Positions 27,859-40,200 of a stretch of DNA of 64,000 nucleotides are shown piece by piece. The translations under genes and the position numbers were made by a program. The stretch's first letter is position 1, and every line of letters starts with the position of its first letter. Source of the stretch: Veleropilina oligotropha (taxonomy: Eukaryota). The stretch covers positions 186,001 to 250,000 of the forward strand of contig JBEUKZ010000016.1 in the NCBI GenBank assembly GCA_048128005.1, in the 5' to 3' direction. Below the pieces are notes generated by a model. That model was not told the DNA's origin, searched no databases, and saw only the letters and a program-made list of their open reading frames with translations.

Positions 27859-27919
27859 GAACGGGTGCTGGGAGCCTTATTTTCCCATTCTAAAAAGTCT
27901 ACTGACCCCCCCTGCTGCT
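27859..27919. repeat. Right 61-bp TIR of element B
   Basis: Reverse complement of 12,294-12,354 with one mismatch. Confidence 0.9.
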
Positions 27920-27940
27920 CTACTGACCCCCCCTGCTGCT
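27920..27940 (+). mobile_element. Target duplication CTACT plus terminal 16 bp of the inferred outer element
   Basis: CTACT-GACCCCCCCTGCTGCT followed by AT-rich host DNA. Confidence 0.7.
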
Positions 27941-28217
27941 CTTGTCCATATTTCAATGTTATGAATATTCTAGAGACTCTTAAATTATTCACAAATTAAG
28001 ATTATTTCGAAAATTCTGTAGTTTCCAATTACAATTTCAGAATTGAAGAAATATCAGAAAGTCGTTTGCCAATTTTGTATTTGGCCAAATCGTTTTCACA
28101 ATTGCAATTAGCTAAAGTAAATATATCAGACAAATTAGTCAAAAATTGATAAACACAATTTAATGCAGCGTTTTAAATTTTAAATTACGATATATTGATA
28201 CTCTCTTCCATTTCCAG

Positions 28218-31200
28218 AACCTTCGATTACAACACCGCCTGTTCCGCCCACCAGTAAATGTCCCACCGGCTTCAGTCCGTACAAGCAGGACTGCTTCCAG
28301 TTGATGACGACCAACGAGACATGGCAGGCCGCTAACACCACGTGTGCCGGGATGAGCAGCCATCTCGTCAGTATCACCAGCATATACGAGGAGTCCTACA
28401 TCTACCTCCTGCTCAACAACGGCGTGGTTAACGTCACCGCTATATGGACGGGGCTGAATGACATACATGTATGTTATATGCAAATCAAGAAAGTGATTTG
28501 TATTTCAATGATGCTATTTTGGATAAGGCCATTTCCCACATGGTATTTTATATACTGTAGAAGCAGAAATGAATGTGTATTGAAAATAATGCGATGTCCA
28601 GATACAAACGAAAATGCGTGTTGAAATTAATGCGAATTGTGAATTTTGAGAAAAATCGATTTATGCGTCATGTCAATAATACTTTGATTACACCACCAAA
28701 GTTTGTCAGCAAGTTTATGTAGTACGTGGCCATACATTCAGATACTAGTTAATTGCTATCAACAATACAATGTGTAAGAAACAATAGCAAAAGGATAATC
28801 CTGTTCGAAGTCTTGAAAGAAATTGTGATGTGATTACTTAATGTGTTTAAAATTGGCAGGTATTATTGATGCACTATTTCTTTTAAGAATGCGCCGTACG
28901 CATTGACAAATGTGCTGTAATGAAAGAACTGTTAGAACTATGTTTTACAAATATCTTTAGGCATTACCGTACTAAATTATCGAACACTTTCTTAGAAGTC
29001 TGTCCTTATTTGAGCTAGATATACTACATTGAAAAAGATATTACATTTTATTTTGTTAATTTTGCATAAAACGAAAATGCGTATTGAAATTAATGCGTAC
29101 GACGGGTAGTCGCATTTTTTGCATTATTTTTTGTTTTTATGTGTTGTTTTTGTAAACATTATCAAATGGTCGGCGTGTATATATATATACATACACATAT
29201 ATATATATATCTGTCGATTTATTTGAAAACTACTTGATCAATATTCACCAAAATTGGTATATGCATTCCCACGAGTATTCATAGGTCGTGTATATAACTT
29301 TCGTGACACAATAGTCGCAAAATGTACATTTTATTATCCACTAGACAGGCCATGTGTGCATCACATTGCTAAAGAATACAAGTTTATTCTTATGACGTCA
29401 TTTTGTCGCAGTTTGACAGCAAATTGTTACTTGTATCATTTGCAGCTGCAGTCGTGACATCTTAGTAGTGGGTCTTCAACTAGGAAATAAATAAATGTAC
29501 TATTAAGTTATTAGTAAATGTTAAAATGCATGCCATCATATTTAATTAAGTAATGTACACTAATTTGTAAAAGACAGCCCTATCAGACAAAGGTCAAGAC
29601 ATATTCCGACCGCATCGTTCTTGTTACATTATATAACGGTATGACATTATTGTACTTTAATAGGTTAAATGTAATGTTGCTTGGAATTGGGAGCACTTTA
29701 ATAAATTAAGTTTTTCACAGTGAGTCCAAGTTTATATACTAGTATATATACTGTGGTCAAACTATCGCTTTCTTTTGAGAAAGGTTTAGAAATGCAATGA
29801 GGTCAAATAGTATCAATATTCAAGAATAAATTTATTTAAAGCATATAACCAAAATTCTTACTTGTTAATTTGCACTGCATTTGAAAACATTTTTTTAACA
29901 TTAAATTTATAGTTTCATGACGCTTTTCTTTTTCATACTACTCTCTCAAACTTTAATTTGAAAGTTGGTATTTTAACATAAAATGATCTCAAAGTTTATA
30001 CACGGAATGAAATCTTTCAGCATACCGGTCAGTATTCCTTCACAGACGGCTGGCCAGTGCTGTACACCAACTGGGCTGCAAACCAGCCAGTAAGCGGACC
30101 GGGGAAGGGTTGCATTCTGGCCACCCCTACAGGCTCCTGGAGCGATATGACATGCTTGCAGGCGCACCCATTTGTCTGCAAAATCACCTCGGGTAATTGT
30201 GTTTGAATCTCTGAAATGTTCCAGAAAACAATTATTGTGTTGTAAATGTAATATATGAAGGTGAAAACATGAGATTAGTTTTGCGCACATGCAGTTGCTT
30301 TGCACACACAAATAGCTTATTGAAAATAAATCGATTGTCTATATAAATTATTATGCCTCATGTAATTACAAAAAACCTCTCCGTTGCTCGAATTGATTAT
30401 AGCGTTCTTCCAAATAAAAAAATAAAAATCAAAACCAAAAATCATTTCCCAATTATTAGTACATGTAACAGAGTTATTCCATTGTTTTAGAATAATACCT
30501 CATAAACCGCTCGACATGTTTCAACAAAACTTGATGAATGTAATAAGAAGTAGGTGAACTAGTGCCTTTTTCTAATTTCAACAATGTGTGGCCATTATCA
30601 GGGCCGTAGCCAGGATTTTGTGAAGGGGGGTTCGAATATATCTTGGTTGGGGCATAATTGGTCATCAATTTTACAATGTTGGTATGTGACAAAATAATGA
30701 TATTTCTTTGTTTGTAACAATAATAGCACTTGAAAATGCCTGAAGTAAGCATAAAAATGGTAATTGAAATTTGTTTCTAGATGGTCTGCGTGGGGATAGG
30801 GCCCCGCGCTCAAGAAAATTTTAGTATTGAAAGCTGTGAAACATCTTCTCCTGCATTCTGAAGCGGTAAATCATTTAAAATGCCATGATTTTCAGATTTC
30901 TATCGACGATGTGCGTGGGGTTGGGTCCCCACGCTCAAGAAAATTTTAGTATTTAAAACTGTGGAACAGCTTCTGCTGCATTCTGATGTTGCAAATGCGA
31001 TGTTTTTATATTACTATTGAGCAACGATGTGTGTGGGTTGGGGCCCCACGGTCAAGCAATTTTTAGTATTTAAAACTGTGGAACAGCTTCTCCTGCATTC
31101 TGATGTTGCAAATGCGATATGTTTTCATATTACTATCAATGTGCGTGGGGCCTCATCCTTACGTGCAAGAAAATTTTGGTATTTAAAACTGTGAAACATA

Positions 31201-34200
31201 TTTTCCTGCGTTCTTAGGATGTATATGATGTGTTTTTAATTCACTATTAACTGTGTGCCCACACGCAAGAAAATTTTAATTTTGAACACTATGAAACAGC
31301 TTTTCCTGAATTTTGAAGCTGTAAATGCGATGTTTTTGGCCAGTTACAAATATATGCACCATTTTCATAACATGTGTAGGCCTATTTCTTGCCCCCCCCC
31401 CCCCCCCCTTATAAACGTTCATGTACTCTTGCCAATAATATGTACATATCCCGTTATGACCCTAGATGTCACAGGGATGTGTAGGTCTACTAAATTTTCA
31501 TTTAGGGGGGGGGGGGGGGCTTAATTTTACATTACTATCAACGATGCACCCCATGAAGAAAATTTTAGTATTTAAAGTTAATCAGCGCTCAAAAAATAAA
31601 TATTCAATTGATAACTGTAAAGGAGCCATTGTAAAATATATTGACTTTGACTTTAAGGGCAATCCAGTGGCAAGGGGGGTTCGACCGAACCCCTCGAACC
31701 CCCCCTGGCTACGGCCCTGATTATTATCAGCATTATTGCTCTTGTTAAAATATCTTGTCAAAAGTATATCATAAATCTTTTGAAAGCGGGCTACTATAGT
31801 ATACTCGTCTGTCTATACTGCTTTGATCTAACAGGAGACTAGTATCCTCGCTCGTATCTATCATGAACCTCTTGACACCTGTTAAAAGTGGTCGTAAACC
31901 AAACGTGCCAATTAACCTGCCAACAATTACTAATAGATATTCGTTGCGGGGAATATTGATGACTGTGTCTTTTTGTTTCGTTTTCAAACGATGCAATGAA
32001 AAGCAACCATAGCTGCGGCTAAGTGGGTTGTTCACAGGACTCGGGTCACAGAGTCTCGCGTTCACTTCTTGAGCTCGGCAATTTCACTTGGGCAAGGAAA
32101 TAAGCATAATTGTATCCCCCGAAACGAAAGTGTCGGGGGATACTATGGTTTAGCATCCGTTACGCGTCCGCCGAGAGTTTCCTCGTGATTGCACTAGACA
32201 GGCCATTTCTTAACGGAATGTTAAGAATGTTTGGTATGTGCATTGGCTGGTGCGAGGACACTACACCTATAGAAATTGGGTGTGGTCCGACCTCCAAGAT
32301 GGCCGCTGTGGCCTCCATCTTGGATTTTAAAGCATAATTCCTTGTGATCGCTTTAGACAGGCCATTTCTTAACAGAATGTTTTCAAATTTGATATGTGCA
32401 TTGGTTGGGGCGAGGACACGACACCTATAGATTTTGGGTGTGGTCCGACCTCCAAGATGGCCATCATAATTGCTTGTGATCGCTCTAGACAGGTCATTTC
32501 TTAACGGAATGTTTTCAAATTTGGTATGTGCATTGGTTTGGGTGAGGACACGACACCTAGAGATTTTGGGTGTGGTCCGACCTCCAAAATGGCCGCCGTC
32601 GACAGATTCCTCGTGATCGCTCTAGACAGGTAATTTCTTAACGGAATGTTTTCAAATTTATGTACATTGGTTTGGGTGGGGACACGCCAACTATATATTT
32701 TGGGTGTGGTCCGACCTCCAAGATGGCCGCTGTGGCCTCCATCTTGGATTTTAAAGCATAATTCCTTGTGATCGCTCTTGAGACAGGTCATTACCGGGGA
32801 TACATATGCGGTCACTCGTGACTGAGCATCCAGTTATATTTGCCTCGGTCCACCCAGCCGATCTTATTGGGTACCTGGTTGGCAGTTATGTATGTCTCAG
32901 CGCTACCCACGTGTAAATGACTGTAATGCTCCCAGAGGGAGTTGAGATGCCATATCGAGTGGCACAGGCCCATAACCTGGGGTAATAATGTTCAGCGCAT
33001 CGAGACATTAGGGTAATAATGCGCTATATAAGATCTGTGTACTATTATTATTATTATTGGTATCTTTATAATAACTGATTGCTTACCATAACAAGAAATA
33101 TAAAATATCTTTGCATTTATATTTCTGTTGAAGGCATTTATAATTTTTACAGGAATAATCCTGTCTTGAGTGGTTCATGCCATTGATTATATTGTATATC
33201 ACAGTAGTGCATGTTTGCTGAATTATTTGCAGCCAAACCACCTCCCACACCTCAAATCCATAGCGGCCGGTGTCCGGGTCCTCACTGGAAGTTATTCGGA
33301 GGTTACTGCTATTTATTCAAAGCATCCAAGCCTGTCACGTACCCAGTGGCGGCATTCGAATGTCAGATTCGCAGTGCACACATTGTGTCAGTGCACAACA
33401 CTCTCGAAAACAACTTGGTCACCATGTCAGTGTCTCTGATCACCAATGCCGGCGTTTGGACGAGTTTGTTTCTGTCAAGCGACGGTAAGTTACGAATAGG
33501 TTATATCCCGGTTATATCATGGAGTTTGGTGTCTAATCAGAGAAGCCTGCAGTTACATCACAACGTGTGTATCGCCGAGTTGTTTAACTGCACGATTTCT
33601 CCGATTAGACAACAAAAACTGAGTGGTATAGCTGAATTAAACTATTGCCAAAATGTATATGAGGGATTATTCAGTCTCGTGCACAAAAGTGTGACATTGA
33701 AAGTAAATTTTCAAATGTATTATTTTCAGATATTTTCACTTCCTCCGTAGTGTCTAACATTCATGCTATCATGCTGCAATAGCGAGGAGATAGTTATGAG
33801 AACTTCCTTTGAGATATTTTAGGTCAAAATGTTGAACTTCACATTGTTGCGTACGTAACGTGGTGTCCACTAACAACACATTTCTGCCTTTTAATGAGTT
33901 CCTGACAGACAAGTTGGCCTGCAATGTGTGTAAAAGTGGCTTCTATATATTATATCTGCACTGGTAACATATCAAATTTAAAATAAATAAAATAAAGTGG
34001 CATTCAAATTGGACACCGTTATGAACACAACACAAAAACCAAGAAGTATATTTAAATCCTTTATTGCTCATAGGAATTATTGTCATATATACAATACCAT
34101 CAACAATAGACACTGTTCGATGTTTAATATATAGATTTGTTATCAATATTAACTTGTTCGATTGTCTACATTATAATTTTGTTAATATGTTTTGTACGAA

Positions 34201-37200
34201 CATGGACACGATAGCTGTAAATGTCAAGTTGTAGTATTATTTGACAGTGTTTTAATGACCTCCTAACAGACAAGTTGGCATGCAATGCATGTATAAGTGG
34301 CTTCTATATATTATACCTGCACTGGTAACATATCAAATTTAAAAACAAATAAATAAATAGTGGCATTCCAAATTGGACACCGTTACGAACACAACACAAA
34401 AATCAGTAAGTATATTTAAATCCTTTATTGCTCGCAGGAATTATTGTCATTTACAATACCATCAACAATACACACTGTCCAATGTTTGATATATAGATTT
34501 TTTTTATCAATATTAACTTGTTCAACTATAATTTTGTTAATATGTTTCGTACGAACATGGACACTATAGCTGAAAATCTCGGGTTGTAATAATATTTGAC
34601 AGTGTTTTTATGAGCTCCTGACAGACAAGTTGGCATGCAATGCATGTAGAAGTATTGTACCTGCACTGGTAACATATCAAGTTTAAAAACAAACAAATAA
34701 ATAGTGACATTCCAAATTGGACACCGTTACGAACACAACGCAAAAATCTAAAAGTATATTTAAATCATTTATTGCTCACAGGAATTATTGTTATATACAA
34801 TACCATCAACAGTACACACTGTTCAATGTTAAATATATAGATTTTTTATCAATATTAACTATGTACATTATAGTTTTGTTAATATGTTTTATACGAACAT
34901 GGACACCGTTGCGTTCGTAACTGTTGCGTACGAACATGGACACGTCATAGTTTGATTCCATAAAATGTAATTCTACTGTGCATGTGTAGTTGTCACTTGC
35001 ATAGATGCTGACTGATGTTATTATCTACAGCTGTAGTATCCAATTTTTAGAGCATGTATTTCCAAAATGTATAGTTTGCACCACGTTGTGTTCGTAACGA
35101 AGTGGACACCATTCTTACACCAAATGTTCAGGTGATAATATCTAAATTTTGTTTCAACCTTACCATAAGTAACTCGCACAAATGTGCTTTTCATATATAA
35201 ACAATTAATTAATGACATAGTTTTAACAAATATGTTGAATTGACATTTAAATAAATCAACAATTTACCGGTCAGTAGCAAAAGACACCATGAGTTATGAA
35301 CGCAACACTTAGTTTTAACACGTATTAAAACAATTGCATGAGACCGTCACTTGTATTCTATATATAGTAATGTATTTTCAGCTTATTTTTTAACGTTATG
35401 TTGGAAAAATAACTGTAATTTATTGTTGTATCTTTCAACAAGAGACCTGGGAAGAAACCTTGTTTATTATGTAACAAAATTGAGTGGCAAAATCTTGTCA
35501 TTCCTGAGATAAATTCAAAAAAATTATACAATAAAATACGTTAAACTTAACTTTTTTATATGATTTTATATGGTTAAATAAATACAAAAGCAATGTAATA
35601 ATCATTTATATAAATTTATTATACATAAATACAGTATTACAAAATGAAATAGGATACCTTGATTTGGACCAAGACTGAATTATACCTCATATGATATTAA
35701 TCAACTAATAAACCCATTTTTAGGTAAAGTAGTCCCCCGTGGTCTAACTAGCAATATGGTTAGAAAAACCATGTGCCAAGACAATATAATGATGCCACAA
35801 CAATTGTTTAATTTGTGATTAAACCATGTTCAATATTCTTAGCTATTGTTAGCAATAAAAACTTTATTTAGAGTACACAGTAATTGTAGGTATATTTTAC
35901 TTACTTTTAGAACTTTTTTTTGAAACTGAAATTTTCCACGTTTAGGCCATTATCGAATGGCCTTGGTCACGTGATGTTTGCTCTTGCGTAACTGCTGCTC
36001 AGGATCGACTCTTTGATTTTCCGTTTGAGCCAGTTCTCCTCCCTTGCCAGAACCTTGGTGTTATCAATTGACATGGAGTGGCCCGTAACATTGCAGTGAT
36101 CCCAAACTACTGTGGGTTTGTCTAGGTTGTGGTGTTCTTTAAAACTGGTGGCCAGAGTGCATTTAGTCTCTCCTACGTATGTGTGGCTCGTATCCTGGTC
36201 ACGTGATGTTATATAGGATTGATCTGAACATCTCGCAATACACATGAATTAAAATACAATTGGTACAATTGGACATATATATATATGTGTTTTAGCTGGC
36301 TATACATGGAAGGATAACAGCCCGGCTAACTATTTTAACTGGGCACAAAACCAGCCCCAGATGAACAAAACTGCCGCAACCACTGTGAAAGCGTGTGTGG
36401 AGCTTCAGTCGCAGGGAGGAAAGTGGGACACTGTCAGCTGCTACGAAACCAGAGGATTCGTCTGCAAAAGACCTAGCAGTAAGTAAAGATCATTACCTTG
36501 TCAAAATTTGAAGTTTAATTGAGGTTTTATGTGTTCATCTGAGGTTTTATGTGTTCATCTGAAGTTTAATTGAGGTTTTATGTGTTCGTCTGTCTGTTAT
36601 CCGACTACAGTAAAACGATGAATGGAATTAGATAAAACCTTCCAAAATCATATTCCATTGGTTGAAACCAGGTAATTATTTAAAGTGGGGCTCAAAAGGA
36701 TTACTCTCAAGGTTATGGACGAAATTTGAATGAAGATCGCAGGATTGATTGGTGAAGCTCGTTGTTGTGATGTTATCCTCATATCGGATAATTGGGTGAG
36801 TTTTCAAGCAACGCTAGGTGTGCCTTTGTCAGGGTTCGTACGGGTCATGGAAACCTGGAAAAGTCATGGAATTTGATATTTAAAAATCCAGGCCTGGAAA
36901 ACCTGGAAAAAGCCTACTTATTTTACATGGTCATGGAAAAAGTCATGGAAAATGATATTTTAGAAGCTCAATAATCATATTGAATTGGCAATTTCCTTCC
37001 TTTTTGGCTATTTCCATAAATTCCACACTTATATTTATGATAAATGCCCTTTTCGTATACAATTTGTCTTAATATATGTCGATTGATGAAGTCTTAAAGC
37101 TATGGAAATTTTGAAATAGTCATGGAAAAGTCATTGAATAGTCATGGAATTTTGCAAGAGATCATGTGTACGAACCCTGCTTTGTCCTTCATAATTATGG

Positions 37201-40200
37201 CTCCTCTCCATCGGGCTGTGTCCTGGGCATCCCCCTGATAAGTCCTATCTGTCGCATGTCGATGGACACAGCGTGCTGCCAGGTTTTCCTTGGTCTGCCG
37301 GCAGGAGCTCGCCCATCCAAGACAAACCTGGTGCAGCAGTCAGCGTCGTCCTTCCGCTCCAATGTCCAAACAAACCATCACAGTCTACTCCTCACAATAT
37401 ATGTCACAAACCACCTCTACCCGCAGCCATCTTCTCAATGCCTCAGTCGTCAGCCTGTACCACAGGTCTTTGTTCAGTTACCAACAGCAGTTGTCCATAA
37501 CTGGCCATGGAGGGGGGTTTCCCTGGGCAACTGGACCTTCCTCCTGCAAAAATATGGACATGTCCTGATTTAAACCTTAAGGTGGTACATATACTGGACA
37601 TTAAGCACCGATACTATCTTGTGGATTAACACTGGGTTAATATAGTTGGACATGGCTTAAGTTTGTCCAAATTCTGAAATATATGAACAGGTATGGTCAA
37701 GTTAGTTTGTTGAAGAAACAAACAGAGTTGAAGTGTAGAGTTGTTACGTTTACGTTAACTAAAGAGTACATGATTTGATCTCTTTCGATGGGATTCTGAT
37801 TTTTTGTTTTTAATGTCATGCTCTCTAAAGAAGTGATGTATTCATAACAAACAACAGCATGATTAGCTAACAATTTGTTGTTATATTTTAGTCAATGATG
37901 GTTCCGCTTTTACATTTCCTGGCCCTGGTGCCACATTCCCATCGACCAAACCAACAACTGCCGCGACAAAACCTGCACAAAAGACCTCTGCAATGAAGAA
38001 AACCTCAAAATCTGTACAGTCTACTCAAAAGATGATGACTTCTACTCCAAAGAAAATGATGTCTACTGCACCAACTCAGAAAATGACTCCGAGGATCCCA
38101 GTGACCAACAACCAACCTGTAACAAAACCCCTAACTTCTCGTTCAGCAGTCACGCAGGCAGTACATGCTACGAACTCACCAGCAAAAGGTAGACTATTCT
38201 TGCACTTGCATTTCTTTAGAGGTGTTGCTACTCTAACTTATCGTCGACATTCTTCTGATTAATATATGTGCTTCTTTCTAATTTATGCATGGGCAATTTT
38301 TTTTAGAATTTCACAGAATGTAATATGATCCAATTAATTATCACAAAAAAAGAATGCAATTCAATGGAGTGCTTTATTGCATTCGTCCATTATATCCCAC
38401 ACCCTGGAGCAATTCACTTAAAATCATTCATATTCATGAATAATTTGTTAGGCAAAATGATTGGTTGTATTAGTCATAAAGTGCAATTTCAATATCAATG
38501 ATTTTTATAGGTAACTTGTTATTGACAAATATTCTAGTGAATTAAGTGAAGGTTTTGAGCGATGGTGTGTGGAAGGAGATAGATGGTGAGACTACCCATG
38601 GGTTGCGATGATACATGGATTAGTGTATTTTCTTGTCAGCATATTACGACATTGGATTGAAATGACCATGACTCATTTTGAGTGAAATATTGTGTCACAT
38701 ATCATGGTAAAGTTCATTTTTGATATGTTAATATTAACTTTACTTTAAATTAATTTTTAAGAGACTTGATAAATATGTTTATCACATATCTTGGTCATTG
38801 TCCCATAGTGCAACAACGTGTATTATTCGTCGTATTACACGTGTGTCTACAGCCATATCCAAATGCGATTGGATGATTTAATGAATGAAATTAGGACAGC
38901 CAATAGAAATGCGTGTCAATGTTGACATTATGGCGGTGATAGTGTAAACATTATTAACAAAGGCCATAAAACAGAAACATGGTAGAGATTATTGGAACTG
39001 ATTTCGAGGTAACGAGATTGTAGATGCAACAATCACATTTATGCAGGTACGTGGCTCCGCGATAGCAGACGTCAAATGACAGATGGCGACACGTATATAC
39101 CGCATTACTGTTTTTGCCAGATAGCTTTAATTAGTCCCCCGCTTTAGCGGAGCGGGGGACTCTAGTATTCGCCTCCGTCCGTCCGTCCGTACGTACGTCC
39201 GTACGTCCGTACGACCTTGTTAGCGCAATATCTCAAGACTGAATGAACCGATTTCATTTATATTTGGTGGATTGATACCTTTGGGGATACCGCCGACACC
39301 AGTCGATTATGGTGACCTTCACCTCATTTTCAAGGTCACGGGGTACAGTTTACTCTTTTGCTCATTAATTTGTTGTTAGCGCAATATCTCAAGAATGAAT
39401 GAACCGATTTCAATTATATTTGGTGGATTGATACCTTTGGGGATACCGCCGACACCAGTCGATTATGGTGACCTTGCCCTCATTTTCAAGGTCACAGGGT
39501 ACAGTTTACTCTTTTGCTCATTCAATTGTTGTTAGCGCAATATCTCAAGACTGAATGAACCGTTTTCATTTATATTTGGTGGATAGATACCTTTGTGGAT
39601 ACCGCCGACACCAGTCGATTATGGTGAACTTCACCTCATTTTCAAGGTCACGGGGTACAGTTTACTCTTTTGCTCATTAATTTGTTGTTAGCGCAATATC
39701 TCAAGAATGAATGAACCGATTTCAATTATATTTGGTGGATTGATACCTTTGGGGATACCGCCGACACCAGTCGATTATGGTGACCTTGCCCTCATTTTCA
39801 AGGTCACAGGGTACAGTTTACTCTTTCGCTCATTCAGTTGTTGTTAGCGTGATATCTCAAGAGTACATGTACCGATTTCATTTATATTTGGTGGATAGAT
39901 ACCTTTGGGGATGCCACCAACACCAGTCGATTATGGTGACCTTGACCTCATTTTCAAGGTCACAGGGTAGAGTTTGCTCTTTCGCGATATCTCAAGACAG
40001 AATGAACCGATTTCAATTATATTTGGCGGAGTGATACCTTTGGGGATACCGCAGACACCAGTCGATTATGGTGACCTTGACCTCATTTTCAAGGTCACAG
40101 GGTACAGTTTACTCTTTTGCTCATTCAATTGTTGTTAGCGCAATATCTCAAGACTGAATGAACCGTTTTCATTTATATTTGGTGGATAGATACCTTTGTG

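Larger units (their letters stand above)
12294..27919 (+). mobile_element. Polinton/Maverick-like endogenous virus, element B (full length, about 15.6 kb)
   Basis: AGCAGCAGGGGGGG...CCCCCCCTGCTGCT termini, 61-bp TIRs with one mismatch, CTACT on both flanks, full gene set. Confidence 0.92.

Noticed and set aside
1..27940. Bacterial or phage contamination, or a haplotype duplication artefact
   Set aside because: Precise TIR junction with intron-containing host DNA; A and B differ by many synonymous changes and distinct modules. Read-level confirmation is still advisable.
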